Of a stretch of 64,000 bases of DNA, positions 30,518-40,188 are shown piece by piece. How positions within the stretch are numbered: the stretch's first letter is position 1; each line of letters opens with the position of its first letter. A program made the translations under genes and the position numbers. The notes below the pieces were generated by a model. The model saw nothing but the letters and a program-made list of their open reading frames with translations. It did not search any database and was not told the origin of the DNA. Source of the DNA: a virus (Duplodnaviria; Caudoviricetes). The stretch is taken from the IMG/VR virus record IMGVR_UViG_3300035180_001680; one strand, given 5' to 3'.

Positions 30518-33500
30518 ATGTCAAATCAAATTCTCTTAAAAAGAACAGCAACACAAGGTAAAGTTCCAACAACATCCGATATCGCGATTGGTGAAGTTGG
30601 ATTAAATACGTATGACGGTAAAATGTATATGCACATCAACAACGGTGTTGATAGTATTATTCAGGTTGGAGCATATACTTACTCTGGTGACGTATCCGGT
30701 TCAGTAAGTGGTGACGCTGTTACTCTTACGTTAGCAACAGTTAATTCAAATACAGGTTCTTTTGGAGATAGTACTCATGTTGGAGCATTTACAGTAAATG
30801 GAAAAGGTTTAGTTACAACAGCCTCTTCAGTTGCAATTGCATTCCCAGTCACTTCAGTATTTGGGAGAACAGGTGCCATAACATTATTATCGTCTGATAT
30901 TAGTACAGCTCTTGGGTACACTCCTCTTTCTGGAAACGAAACAATTACATTATCTGGAGACGTCTCTGGTTCGGGTACAACAGCAATTACAACAACACTT
31001 GCAACTATTGTTGACAGTGGTTCGGGAACATTCTTAAAATTTACAAGAAGTTCCAAAGGTTTAGTTACTGGAACCACAGCAGTTGGTTCTAGTGATATTA
31101 CAACAGCGTTAGGATATACACCAGTCAACAAGGCTGGAGACACAATGACTGGTTTATTGGTTCTTTCTGGAGATCCAACAGTTGCTCTTGGTGCTGCAAC
31201 AAAACAATATGTTGATAATGCTATTGCTGGTTTGTCTTGGAAAGAAGCCGTTACGTGTGCAACTACAGCAAATATTACCCTTTCGGGTCTCCAATCTATT
31301 GATGGCCACACAACAGTTGCTGGTGAACGTGTTCTTGTTAAAAATCAAACAAATGCAACTCAAAATGGTATTTATGTTGCTGGGACAGGTACTTGGACAC
31401 GTTCAATAGATGCAGATGCAAATGCTGAATTCCAAGGGTTGACAGTATACGTTGACCAAGGAACAACTCAAGCAAATACGGGTTGGACACAAACAACGTC
31501 AGGTGCAATTGTAGTTGGAACTACAAATATCGTGTTTTCACAATTTACAGGTGCTGGAACATATACTGCCGGAACAGGTTTAACATTAACTGGAAATGCT
31601 TTTAGTATTACAAACACTGCAGTAACAGCCGGTTCCGGTTACAATACTTTCAGTGTTAATGCCCAGGGTCAGGTCACACTAGCTTCTACGACAGCATATT
31701 TAACTGGAAATCAAACGATTACGTGTTCAGGGGATGTCACAGGTTCAGGTACAACTGCTATTACGTTAACTCTTGCAAACTCTGGAGTTACAGCAGGCAC
31801 GTATAATAATAGTGCAACAGCAGTTACACCATTTACGGTTGATGCAAAAGGACGTGTAACAGCAACTGGTGCTGCAGTCACAATTACTCCATCCTTTAGT
31901 TCAATTACAATGAAACCAACAACGGTTGCGGGATATGGTATTACAGACATAAACTCTGTATATGCTCCTACATTAACTGGTACAGGAGCTTCTGGAACTT
32001 GGGGAATTAGCATTACTGGGACTGCTGCAAACGCAACAAGTTTAGGTGGAACACCAGCAGCGTCTTATGCGTTACTTGCTTCTCCGTCTTTTACGGGAAC
32101 TCCTACTGCCCCCACTGCGCCTTCAAATACTAATACAACACAAATTGCCACAACAGCATTTGTCCTTGGTCAAGCAGGCACATCAAATCCAATTATGGAT
32201 GGGACAGTTGCAGTTGGAACTTCTTATTTATATTCACGTCAAGACCACATTCACCCAACAGACACTTCTCGTGCCCCAGTTGCAGGTAGTAGTTCAATCG
32301 TAACAGTTGGAACAATCACTTCTGGTACCTGGAATGGTTCAACAGTTGCTACTGGTTATGGTGGAACTGGTTTATCCTCAATTGGTTCTGCTTACCAAAT
32401 TCTTGGAGTTAACTCTGGAGCTACTGGACTTGAATATAAAACAGTTTCAGTAGGTTCCGGTGTTAGTGTAACAAACGGAACAGGGACATTAACAATAACA
32501 AATACTGGTGTAACATCAAACGTTGCAGGTTCCGGTATTGGAGTGTCTAGTACAACTGGAACAGTAACAATTTCAAACACTGGTGTGTTGTCAGCTGTTG
32601 CAGGTTCGGGAATTAGTGTTTCAAGTGCAACAGGAAACATAACATTTGGTAACACTGGTGTACTTTCATTTAATACAAGAACTGGTGTAGTAACATTGAC
32701 TTCAACAGACGTAACAACAGCTTTGGGTTTCTCCCCAGTCAACAAGGCTGGAGACACAATGACTGGTTTATTGGTTCTTTCTGGAGATCCAACAGTTGCT
32801 CTTGGAGCTGCTACAAAACAATACGTTGATAATGCAGTTGCCGGCTTATCTTGGAAAGAATCTGTTAAGGTTGCAACTACAGCAAATATTACCCTTTCTG
32901 GAACACAAACAATTGATGGTGTTGCAGTTATAGCTGGAGACCGCGTTCTCGTTAAGAATCAAACAACAGCCTCCCAAAATGGTATCTACGTTGTTGCTGC
33001 TGGTGCTTGGGGTCGTGCTACAGATGCAACAACTTCTGCTCAAGTTGCTGGTATGGCAGTTTATGTCGATCAAGGAACAACTTTAAATAGTACTGGTTGG
33101 ACAGAGTCAGTTTCTGGCCCAATTACAGTAGGAACAACAAACCTTACGTTCTCACAGTTTACTGGAGCTAATACATATACTGCTGGAACAGGTTTAACGT
33201 TAACTGGAAACACATTTAGTATTACAAACACTGCAGTTACTGCAGGTTCTGGGTATAATACATTTAGTGTGAACGCCCAAGGTCAGGTAACTGCTGCATC
33301 CACAACTGCATATTTAACTGGAAATCAAACAATTACTTGTACAGGTGATGCGACTGGTTCTGGAACAACAAGCATTCCGTTAACACTTGCAAATAGTGGT
33401 GTTGTTGCTGGAACGTATAACACAGGTGGCTCAAACCACTATCCAATTACAGTTAATGCTAAAGGTTTAATAACTTCAGTTGGAACTGCAGTGAATATTA

Positions 33501-33604
33501 CAGTTCCATTCTCACAAGTTACCACAACTCCAACAACTACTGTTGGTTATGGAATTACAGATGCAATGATCGTTGGACAGGTTATTGACGGAGGAACTTT
33601 TTAG
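30518..33604 (+). CDS. Long tail fibre, 1028 aa, Mtd-N-like N-terminus, internal duplication
   Basis: 'ILLKRTATQGKVP...GEVGLNTYDGKMY'; Thr/Gly-rich fibre repeats; ends IDGGTF. Confidence 0.85.
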   Translation: MSNQILLKRTATQGKVPTTSDIAIGEVGLNTYDGKMYMHINNGVDSIIQVGAYTYSGDVSGSVSGDAVTLTLATVNSNTGSFGDSTHVGAFTVNGKGLVTTASSVAIAFPVTSVFGRTGAITLLSSDISTALGYTPLSGNETITLSGDVSGSGTTAITTTLATIVDSGSGTFLKFTRSSKGLVTGTTAVGSSDITTALGYTPVNKAGDTMTGLLVLSGDPTVALGAATKQYVDNAIAGLSWKEAVTCATTANITLSGLQSIDGHTTVAGERVLVKNQTNATQNGIYVAGTGTWTRSIDADANAEFQGLTVYVDQGTTQANTGWTQTTSGAIVVGTTNIVFSQFTGAGTYTAGTGLTLTGNAFSITNTAVTAGSGYNTFSVNAQGQVTLASTTAYLTGNQTITCSGDVTGSGTTAITLTLANSGVTAGTYNNSATAVTPFTVDAKGRVTATGAAVTITPSFSSITMKPTTVAGYGITDINSVYAPTLTGTGASGTWGISITGTAANATSLGGTPAASYALLASPSFTGTPTAPTAPSNTNTTQIATTAFVLGQAGTSNPIMDGTVAVGTSYLYSRQDHIHPTDTSRAPVAGSSSIVTVGTITSGTWNGSTVATGYGGTGLSSIGSAYQILGVNSGATGLEYKTVSVGSGVSVTNGTGTLTITNTGVTSNVAGSGIGVSSTTGTVTISNTGVLSAVAGSGISVSSATGNITFGNTGVLSFNTRTGVVTLTSTDVTTALGFSPVNKAGDTMTGLLVLSGDPTVALGAATKQYVDNAVAGLSWKESVKVATTANITLSGTQTIDGVAVIAGDRVLVKNQTTASQNGIYVVAAGAWGRATDATTSAQVAGMAVYVDQGTTLNSTGWTESVSGPITVGTTNLTFSQFTGANTYTAGTGLTLTGNTFSITNTAVTAGSGYNTFSVNAQGQVTAASTTAYLTGNQTITCTGDATGSGTTSIPLTLANSGVVAGTYNTGGSNHYPITVNAKGLITSVGTAVNITVPFSQVTTTPTTTVGYGITDAMIVGQVIDGGTF
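31121..33420 (+). repeat. Internal direct duplication of about 685 nt (about 31121-31806 and 32735-33420)
   Basis: About the first 70 nt are identical (CCAGTCAACAAGGCTGGAGACACAATGACTGG...); the protein block NKAGDTMTG...TLANSGV.AGTYN occurs twice. Confidence 0.9.
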
Positions 33605-33615
33605 ACATTTTAATA

Positions 33616-33740
33616 CTATGAATACTTCTTTTATGGAGAAGTATTCATAGAAGACATAAACCGTATGATCATAAAAGGTATATTAAGTAATAAAACCTTG
33701 TATATACAAGGTATTTTCCTATATAGGAGGGCCATATGGC
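33616..33740. promoter_or_regulatory. Cluster of five inverted repeats in the intergenic leader of 33736
   Basis: 14-bp stem 33616-33650; perfect palindromes at 33664-33673, 33695-33712, 33717-33728 (covers RBS) and 33731-33740 (covers ATG). Confidence 0.6.
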
Positions 33741-34824
33741 TACAAATACAATTTTAATTAAAAGATCAGCAGTTGCAGCGAAGGTTCCATCTACTACTGA
33801 TTTGCAGTTGGGTGAAATTGCCATTAATACGTATGATGGTAAGATGTATATTAAAAAGAACAATGGAACCGATTCTGTTGTTCAAGTTGGACCACCAGAA
33901 GCATTATCTGGATTAACAGATGTTAATCTAACATCACCCACAACTGGACAGGTCTTGTATTACAATGGAAGCGTGTGGGTTAATAATGCCACTACTCCAA
34001 GCTCTTATTCTACTGTAATTTCATCATGGACACTCGTTTCGGGAAACATATATTATGCAGATGTAACTCATAATCTTGGAACACAAAACGTTGTTGTTTC
34101 TTTGTTCGATAATTCCACAAACGCTTTAATTCAGGCGGATAGTGTTGTGTTGACTTCTACAAATACAGTAACTGTTAAAGTTGCAGGAAATACAAGACAG
34201 ATCAGAATCGTTATCGTTGCAAATGGTTTAACTGTCGTTGGCTCTGGAGCCGTAACATCTGTTGCGGGGAAAACGGGTGCAGTTACTCTTGTTCCTTCAG
34301 ATATTACTGGATTAACTTCAATTATTCCACCTCTCAGAACATTTACGTATTTCCCAGCTAGTTTAGATTCACCAAATAATGCAGATTGGGCTGTTAATGC
34401 TCTTGCTCCTACTGTAACCGATCCGAATAATATTGGTTTAAATGTTCGCCAATTTTCAAATACTGTTGAACAGGGAGTTGGGTGTTATGTATCAATTCCA
34501 TTAGGCGCAACAAATTTAACGTTTTATTATAAGGGGAGGGCACAAACTGCTCCAGGAACAACGGCATCCATACAACCCAAACTTTATGTTAGAAGTCTTC
34601 CAAATAATGGACCTATTAGTTCCTGGAATTTAATCTCTACGCTTGGAGTGTTATCTGTTCCAACAAACAACTATTTTCAGTATTATTCGCAAACAGTAAC
34701 ACTAGCGTCTTTATCGCTTACACCTGGAACTCTTTATCAATTTGAGTTTACAAGAAACAATAGTGTTTCAGGAAATCTTGCAAGTAATTGGTTATTATCT
34801 GAAATTAGTTTAGCGTTTACTTAA
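33736..34824 (+). CDS. Tail-fibre protein with Mtd-N-like N-terminus
   Basis: 'ILIKRSAVAAKVP...GEIAINTYDGKMY', paralogous to the start of 30518. Confidence 0.75.
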   Translation: MATNTILIKRSAVAAKVPSTTDLQLGEIAINTYDGKMYIKKNNGTDSVVQVGPPEALSGLTDVNLTSPTTGQVLYYNGSVWVNNATTPSSYSTVISSWTLVSGNIYYADVTHNLGTQNVVVSLFDNSTNALIQADSVVLTSTNTVTVKVAGNTRQIRIVIVANGLTVVGSGAVTSVAGKTGAVTLVPSDITGLTSIIPPLRTFTYFPASLDSPNNADWAVNALAPTVTDPNNIGLNVRQFSNTVEQGVGCYVSIPLGATNLTFYYKGRAQTAPGTTASIQPKLYVRSLPNNGPISSWNLISTLGVLSVPTNNYFQYYSQTVTLASLSLTPGTLYQFEFTRNNSVSGNLASNWLLSEISLAFT

Positions 34825-34835
34825 TAGGATAAAAT

Positions 34836-35903
34836 ATGGCACTTCAAAATTATATAGCAACCTCCTCAGGAAACGCTTCATTTTTGTCTGCATATCCTTT
34901 AAAAACCACCGGAGTTCCTAATATTCCTGTTGATACAACGGGAGCATATACCATGATGTTTTGGATGAATACGGCTTCTATTGCCGCAACAAGTGGAGGT
35001 GGTGGTACAGCATCAAGTATGGTTGGAGTATATAATGGTTCCCATCAACAACAAAATGGAACAACTACAACTGGTATGCAGATGGGCATGAATCAAGGTG
35101 GCACAGGTTCGACTGCCCCAGGAACGTTAACATGTTGGACATGGGGAGGAGCAAACTTAGTAACTTCAAATGGTGTTGGATTGACAGGGACAATTTCTCC
35201 TACTTTTGTTGTTACTGGTTCCATTTCTGGTAATACTTTAACAGTGACTGGTGTAACAGCTGGAACAGTTGTTGTGGGGAAGGGGATATCCGGAACTAAT
35301 ATTCAAAATGGAACCCAGATTGTTGCACAATTGACTGGTTCAGGAGGAACAGGAACATATGTAGTTCAACCTGCCCAAACTGCAGCTTCTGGTACAATAA
35401 ACGGAAGATATATTTCTCCCATCGATACATGGGTTCATTGTGCATACAGTTGCACAGTTTCATCAAATGGAGTAGGAACAGCCGGGACTCAAATTCATAG
35501 TATTTATATCAATGGACTTCTCAACAACACTGCTTCAAATGCAATTCAGATAGCAGGATTGCCTACGATGATTTATGTAAATGGATACCCTGTAATACCT
35601 GGTTATACAGGTGCTGAATCAAATAATACTAAAGTTGATGATGTTTATTATTTTAATCGTTTGTTGTCTTCTGAAGAAATTCAAACAATTTATACTACTA
35701 AAGGAATGAGTGATGGAATAACATACGGATTAGTGGGAAGATACGATTTTAATGAAAGTCCAGTTGACACAATTGTAACTTCATGTGTTGATTATAGTGG
35801 AAATGGGAACGTTATGTCACTTACAACTACAGGAACAGGATATGTGTCTCCAACGTATGTTCAAGATTATGCTCAGTGTGATACAAGATTTTTACTTGGA
35901 TAA
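34836..35903 (+). CDS. LamG/concanavalin-A-like virion protein with an internal insert
   Basis: 'YTMMFWMN...WVHCAYS...IYING...DDVYYFNRLLSSEEIQTIY'. Confidence 0.75.
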   Translation: MALQNYIATSSGNASFLSAYPLKTTGVPNIPVDTTGAYTMMFWMNTASIAATSGGGGTASSMVGVYNGSHQQQNGTTTTGMQMGMNQGGTGSTAPGTLTCWTWGGANLVTSNGVGLTGTISPTFVVTGSISGNTLTVTGVTAGTVVVGKGISGTNIQNGTQIVAQLTGSGGTGTYVVQPAQTAASGTINGRYISPIDTWVHCAYSCTVSSNGVGTAGTQIHSIYINGLLNNTASNAIQIAGLPTMIYVNGYPVIPGYTGAESNNTKVDDVYYFNRLLSSEEIQTIYTTKGMSDGITYGLVGRYDFNESPVDTIVTSCVDYSGNGNVMSLTTTGTGYVSPTYVQDYAQCDTRFLLG

Positions 35904-35935
35904 AATATAAATACATTTGTTAAAAGGAATTTTAA

Positions 35936-36739
35936 ATGTCAACTCCAGTTTTAGGTTCATATAGTTTTTCAAATACGCCAGACGTTAACGGAAAACTTGT
36001 ATTATTAAATGGTGGTGGGAATCCTCAAATGTCTTCTGGACTTTTATCAGCTCGTCCTTCATTTGGCAATACAGGGAATATTTACATTGCAACAGATGCA
36101 GCAGCAATGTATCAAGATACAGGCACAAGTTGGATATTAATTGGTGGTGTTGATCCAAATCAAGTGTTTTCAGGAACAGGTTCAATTACTGTTCCTGTGG
36201 GAACAACTGCACAACGTCCAGCATCTCCTACATTCGGAATGATTAGAGGAAATACAGATTTAGGAAATTATGAACGATATACAACACAATGGATTCCTTT
36301 CGGTCAGGTTGTTCAGTTAATTACAGGAAATATTCCTAATCAAACAGGAACAGCACAAATTCCTTATGATAATACAACTCCAAGTTCTTCTGGAGGTTTT
36401 CAAATTTGGAGTCAACCATTTACGCCACTTCTCCCTGATTCTACCGTGATGATATTGTTTAGTTTAATGTTGGATAATTCAACGTCCGGTAGAACAATAA
36501 CAACTGCTGTATTTCGTAATACCACGTTAATTGGAGCTACCTCTGCTAACGTTGGAACTGCAGGAAGACCAATTAATACAACAATATCAAGAACAGACAA
36601 ACCTGGTTCAGTTTCAACGGTTACTTATTCCGCAAGACTGGGAGCCAATGGTTCAGGGACATCTTACGTTAATAGAGGTTCAACTGCAAGTCTAGGAGGA
36701 AGTGGAGACAGCAATTATATAATTATTGAATTTAAGTAA
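35936..36739 (+). CDS. Tail-fibre tip-like protein
   Basis: 'ITVPVGTTAQRPASPTFGMIRGN' and C-terminal 'SGDSNYIIIEF'; late promoter at 35906-35913. Confidence 0.65.
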   Translation: MSTPVLGSYSFSNTPDVNGKLVLLNGGGNPQMSSGLLSARPSFGNTGNIYIATDAAAMYQDTGTSWILIGGVDPNQVFSGTGSITVPVGTTAQRPASPTFGMIRGNTDLGNYERYTTQWIPFGQVVQLITGNIPNQTGTAQIPYDNTTPSSSGGFQIWSQPFTPLLPDSTVMILFSLMLDNSTSGRTITTAVFRNTTLIGATSANVGTAGRPINTTISRTDKPGSVSTVTYSARLGANGSGTSYVNRGSTASLGGSGDSNYIIIEFK

Positions 36740-36795
36740 AATTTAAACAATAAGTTAACATTTACCCATAAATACATAAAATTAGGAGATAAAAA

Positions 36796-37257
36796 ATGGC
36801 AATGACGTATATACAAGCAATTGGAATCGGTTTCCCAGCAGTTCAGTGTCACGCACTTGGTGATGGTTCTGTGTATTCTGATCTCGTTTGGGATGCAGGT
36901 TCTCCAATTCCCGATCAAGCAACACTAGATGCATGGATTGGTGCTAACCCAGATGTTACAGTAAATAACACAATAATCACAAAGCTAGCATTTAGAAATC
37001 GTTTCACACAAACAGAAAAAGTTACAATTGATTTAGCGTCAATAGACAACCCCACAGCACCAGCAGCAACAAGACAATTATCTGCAGCCCTTCGGGTAAT
37101 GGCTGCAGATATGTCAAATGCGTCAAATGTAAATCTTGCACGTCCAGACACGATTGCTGGAGTTCAGGCTCTTGAAACGTATGGATTAATTGGACCGGGT
37201 AGAGCAAATACTATTTTAACTGCTCCAATTCAACCAGAAGAAGTTCCGGCGGCATAA
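36796..37257 (+). CDS. Tail-fibre assembly/chaperone-like protein
   Basis: 'ITKLAFRNRFTQTEK...VNL...T.AGVQALETYGLI..GRA..IL' pattern seen in fibre accessory proteins. Confidence 0.55.
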   Translation: MAMTYIQAIGIGFPAVQCHALGDGSVYSDLVWDAGSPIPDQATLDAWIGANPDVTVNNTIITKLAFRNRFTQTEKVTIDLASIDNPTAPAATRQLSAALRVMAADMSNASNVNLARPDTIAGVQALETYGLIGPGRANTILTAPIQPEEVPAA

Positions 37258-37272
37258 TATAAGGAGAACGTA

Positions 37273-37923
37273 ATGTGGGCAAAAGCAAAATGTGTGTTAA
37301 CAACAACGTGGAATAATATAAAAAATTTCATTTCGACTACAATTGGAAAAATTAATTGGGTTACTAAAAAAACGTTAACTCCAGAAGAATTTGACGAAAT
37401 TCGAAAATTGTTAGTAGATAACTATTACATAATTGCTTCAAGACACGATGGACACTTGTCCACTTACGCCATAGAAATTGCTCATTGTGTGTTAACTGGA
37501 AAAAGAGGGTATTACGGTCATGTATTCATGAACCTTGAAGATACAGTAGAATCGGATGATAGTTATAGGTTTATCGAAGCTACGGGAACTGGTGTTCATT
37601 ATTCAGGATTTAGTACTGTATTTGATAATCAAACTAGTTCAGTTGCATTATTAAAACCCAAATATATGCCTTTATCAGATTGGACAGCAGTTTTAGACGC
37701 ATCGAAAACATATCTGGGACGTCCTTATGATACTTTATTCAATCTTGCAGATGACAACGCTCTTTCTTGTGTGGAGTTGATTCGTGATGCTTTGAAAGGC
37801 GACCCAGATTATTTAACAAACTTTGCAAACTTTGAAGCAATGATTTCAGCAGACGGAAATTTGGACCCACAAATGTTTTTAGAATGTCCAGACTTTGAAG
37901 TGGTTTGGGAAAAAAGACATTAA
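37273..37923 (+). CDS. Permuted papain-like NlpC/P60 (YiiX/YebB family) amidase
   Basis: His before Cys: 'YGHV...EATGTGV...LGRPYDTLF...LSCVELI'. Confidence 0.75.
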   Translation: MWAKAKCVLTTTWNNIKNFISTTIGKINWVTKKTLTPEEFDEIRKLLVDNYYIIASRHDGHLSTYAIEIAHCVLTGKRGYYGHVFMNLEDTVESDDSYRFIEATGTGVHYSGFSTVFDNQTSSVALLKPKYMPLSDWTAVLDASKTYLGRPYDTLFNLADDNALSCVELIRDALKGDPDYLTNFANFEAMISADGNLDPQMFLECPDFEVVWEKRH

Positions 37924-38103
37924 TTTATTGGTGTCTGTTGAGGGGAACATCATAAATACTCATGTGATAAGATATTGAAATATATTTTATCATAACCCTT
38001 GATGTGAATTAAAATAATTTGTATTATATTAGAAGTGAAAACTAAAAAGAAGAAAAACTACTTAAATGTAGATATAACGAGAAAAGCGAAAAGGAGAACA
38101 ACA

Positions 38104-39048
38104 ATGGCTCAACTCTCAATGGAGGCCCTACGGGCACAATTCAAAAAAGCAGATACAAACGAAGGTGGTAGTGGTCAAAATAATTATTACCCATTCTGGA
38201 ATATGGAAATTGGTGAACAATCAATAGTTCGTATTCTCCCAGACAAGAATGAAGACAATCCAAGAGGATTTTTAGTTGAAAAAATGATGCATTCATTAGA
38301 AATTAATGGAGAAAAGAAATCCGTCCCATGCTTAAAAATGTATGGAGAAGATTGTCCGATTTGTAAGGTTTCTACAGCATTTTATAAGAAAGACGATAAA
38401 GATAATGGAAAGAAATACTATCGCAAGAAACAGTATCTCGCTCAGGCTCTCATAATTAGTGATCCACTTCCGGTCGATAAAGATACCGGAGAAACACACG
38501 AAGGGAAGGTTCGTTATCTGGCTCTTGGTAACAAACTTTATGAATCTATTAAGGATGCGTTTGAAAGTGGTGATCTTGAATATCCTCCTTATCTATACGA
38601 AAATGGAACAAACTTTATAATTAAGAAACGCCAGTCTGGTGATTATGCTGATTATTCGCGCAGCTCGTTTGCAAAAAATCCAAGCGATTTGGATGAAGAC
38701 ACAGTTGAACATGTGTCGTCGTCTATCATCGATCTTTCAACTCTTCTTCCAAAACACCCAGGTGTTGATAAAGTTGAGGCTATGTTAAAGGCTGCAATGA
38801 CAGGCGAGGAATATAACATTGGTGATAGTTCGGATAGCGATAGATACGACTCTAGTGACGAAGATGACGTTCTTACTGAAAAAGTTGGCTCTGTAAAAGA
38901 AGCTGCGTCAAAGTCAACGAAAGCAAAGACTCCAGAACCAGTTCAAACAAAAGAAGAACCAGTAAGCAGTTCTGATGGTGATTCTGAAGAAGATCCAGAA
39001 GCTATTCTAGCACGTTTGCGCGCTCGTCGTAAAACAAAAGCAGAATAA
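38104..39048 (+). CDS. gp32: ssDNA-binding protein (T4 gp32-like)
   Basis: 'VRILP...CLKMYGEDCPIC', 'GTNFIIK...DYADYSRSSF', acidic tail; start after the AGGAG RBS. Confidence 0.85.
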   Translation: MAQLSMEALRAQFKKADTNEGGSGQNNYYPFWNMEIGEQSIVRILPDKNEDNPRGFLVEKMMHSLEINGEKKSVPCLKMYGEDCPICKVSTAFYKKDDKDNGKKYYRKKQYLAQALIISDPLPVDKDTGETHEGKVRYLALGNKLYESIKDAFESGDLEYPPYLYENGTNFIIKKRQSGDYADYSRSSFAKNPSDLDEDTVEHVSSSIIDLSTLLPKHPGVDKVEAMLKAAMTGEEYNIGDSSDSDRYDSSDEDDVLTEKVGSVKEAASKSTKAKTPEPVQTKEEPVSSSDGDSEEDPEAILARLRARRKTKAE

Positions 39049-39060
39049 TTTTTGAGTTAC

Positions 39061-39081
39061 GGGGTGCTTTTTAGGCACCCC
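39061..39081 (+). terminator. Hairpin between the ssb and uvsX genes
   Basis: GGGGTGC-TTTTTAG-GCACCCC; no U-tract, so attenuator or processing site rather than a strong terminator. Confidence 0.4.
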
Positions 39082-39102
39082 AATTCACTACTGGAGATTT
39101 TT

Positions 39103-40188
39103 ATGTTAAAATTTAGAAAAGAATTTGAAAAAGATATGGAGAAGGCTGGAATAGATTTAGGAGATTCCGATCCTCCCCGCTATTGGTTTTCAACAGGAAA
39201 TTATGCTTTAAACAAAACAATATCAGGAAGTTTTTTTAGAGGAATTCCACAAGGAAGAGTTGTGTGTTTTGCTGGTCCTTCTGGTTCTGGAAAAACATTT
39301 ACTTTGTGTAATTGTATGAGAGAAGCACAGAAAGAAGATATTTTTGTAGTTGTTGGGGACAGTGAACACGCATTGGATAACAGTTTTGTTTCAAAAATTG
39401 GAGTTGATGTAAGCGAAGACTCATATTTGTATGGTGAATTAGATACAATCCCACAAATGCAGAAATATATCTCATCTTTCCTTAAATCGTACGAAAAAGA
39501 ATATGGTATTGGTAATCCAGATGCACCCAAAGTTCTCATAGTTGTTGACAGTTTGGATATGTTAATGACAGAAACAGAAGAAGAAAACTTTGATAGAGGT
39601 GTATTAAAAGGTGACCAAGGTCAACGTAGCAAACAGATAAAATCTGTGTTAAGGCAATTTGTACACGCCATTAAACACCAAAATGTAAGCATTATAGTGA
39701 CTCACCAAGTGTACAGAAATCAGGATATAACGAACGGTGAAGGGGTGTGGATTGTGAATGAAGCTGTTAAGTATTCATTATCACAAATTACGCTGTTGAC
39801 CAAATTGAAACTTAAAGGTGATGTTGCTGGTGAGGTCCGTGGAATTAGGATGAAGTGTGAAGGTTATAAAACTCGTTTTACACAACCATTTCAGACAGTA
39901 ACAATTGAAGTTCCTTATGAAACTGGAATGGACCCATTCAATGGTTTAATGGATGCCGCAGAAGCATTGGGGGTTCTCACGAAAAAAGGTGCTTGGTATT
40001 ACTTTGGAGAGAAAAATTTTCAATCAAAAGATTTTGGTAGTGTAGCCGTTGATGTATTAATGGCTTGTGAAGCAAAGTCTGATGCGTTCCTTCAGGTAGA
40101 ACTCAAGGAAGGTGAAAAGGAAGATCTGAGTGGTAAATCATCAAAGAGTAAAAGAGTCGCAAAAGCACTAGGAGAACAAAATGAATAA
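39103..40188 (+). CDS. uvsX: RecA/UvsX recombinase
   Basis: 'STGNYALN', Walker A 'GPSGSGKT', 'IVVDSL', 'GAWY'. Confidence 0.93.
   Translation: MLKFRKEFEKDMEKAGIDLGDSDPPRYWFSTGNYALNKTISGSFFRGIPQGRVVCFAGPSGSGKTFTLCNCMREAQKEDIFVVVGDSEHALDNSFVSKIGVDVSEDSYLYGELDTIPQMQKYISSFLKSYEKEYGIGNPDAPKVLIVVDSLDMLMTETEEENFDRGVLKGDQGQRSKQIKSVLRQFVHAIKHQNVSIIVTHQVYRNQDITNGEGVWIVNEAVKYSLSQITLLTKLKLKGDVAGEVRGIRMKCEGYKTRFTQPFQTVTIEVPYETGMDPFNGLMDAAEALGVLTKKGAWYYFGEKNFQSKDFGSVAVDVLMACEAKSDAFLQVELKEGEKEDLSGKSSKSKRVAKALGEQNE

Noticed and set aside
37960-38103. T4 gene-32-type autoregulatory pseudoknot in the ssb leader
   Set aside because: The leader is A-rich, but I found only a weak CTAC/GTAG stem and no convincing pseudoknot.
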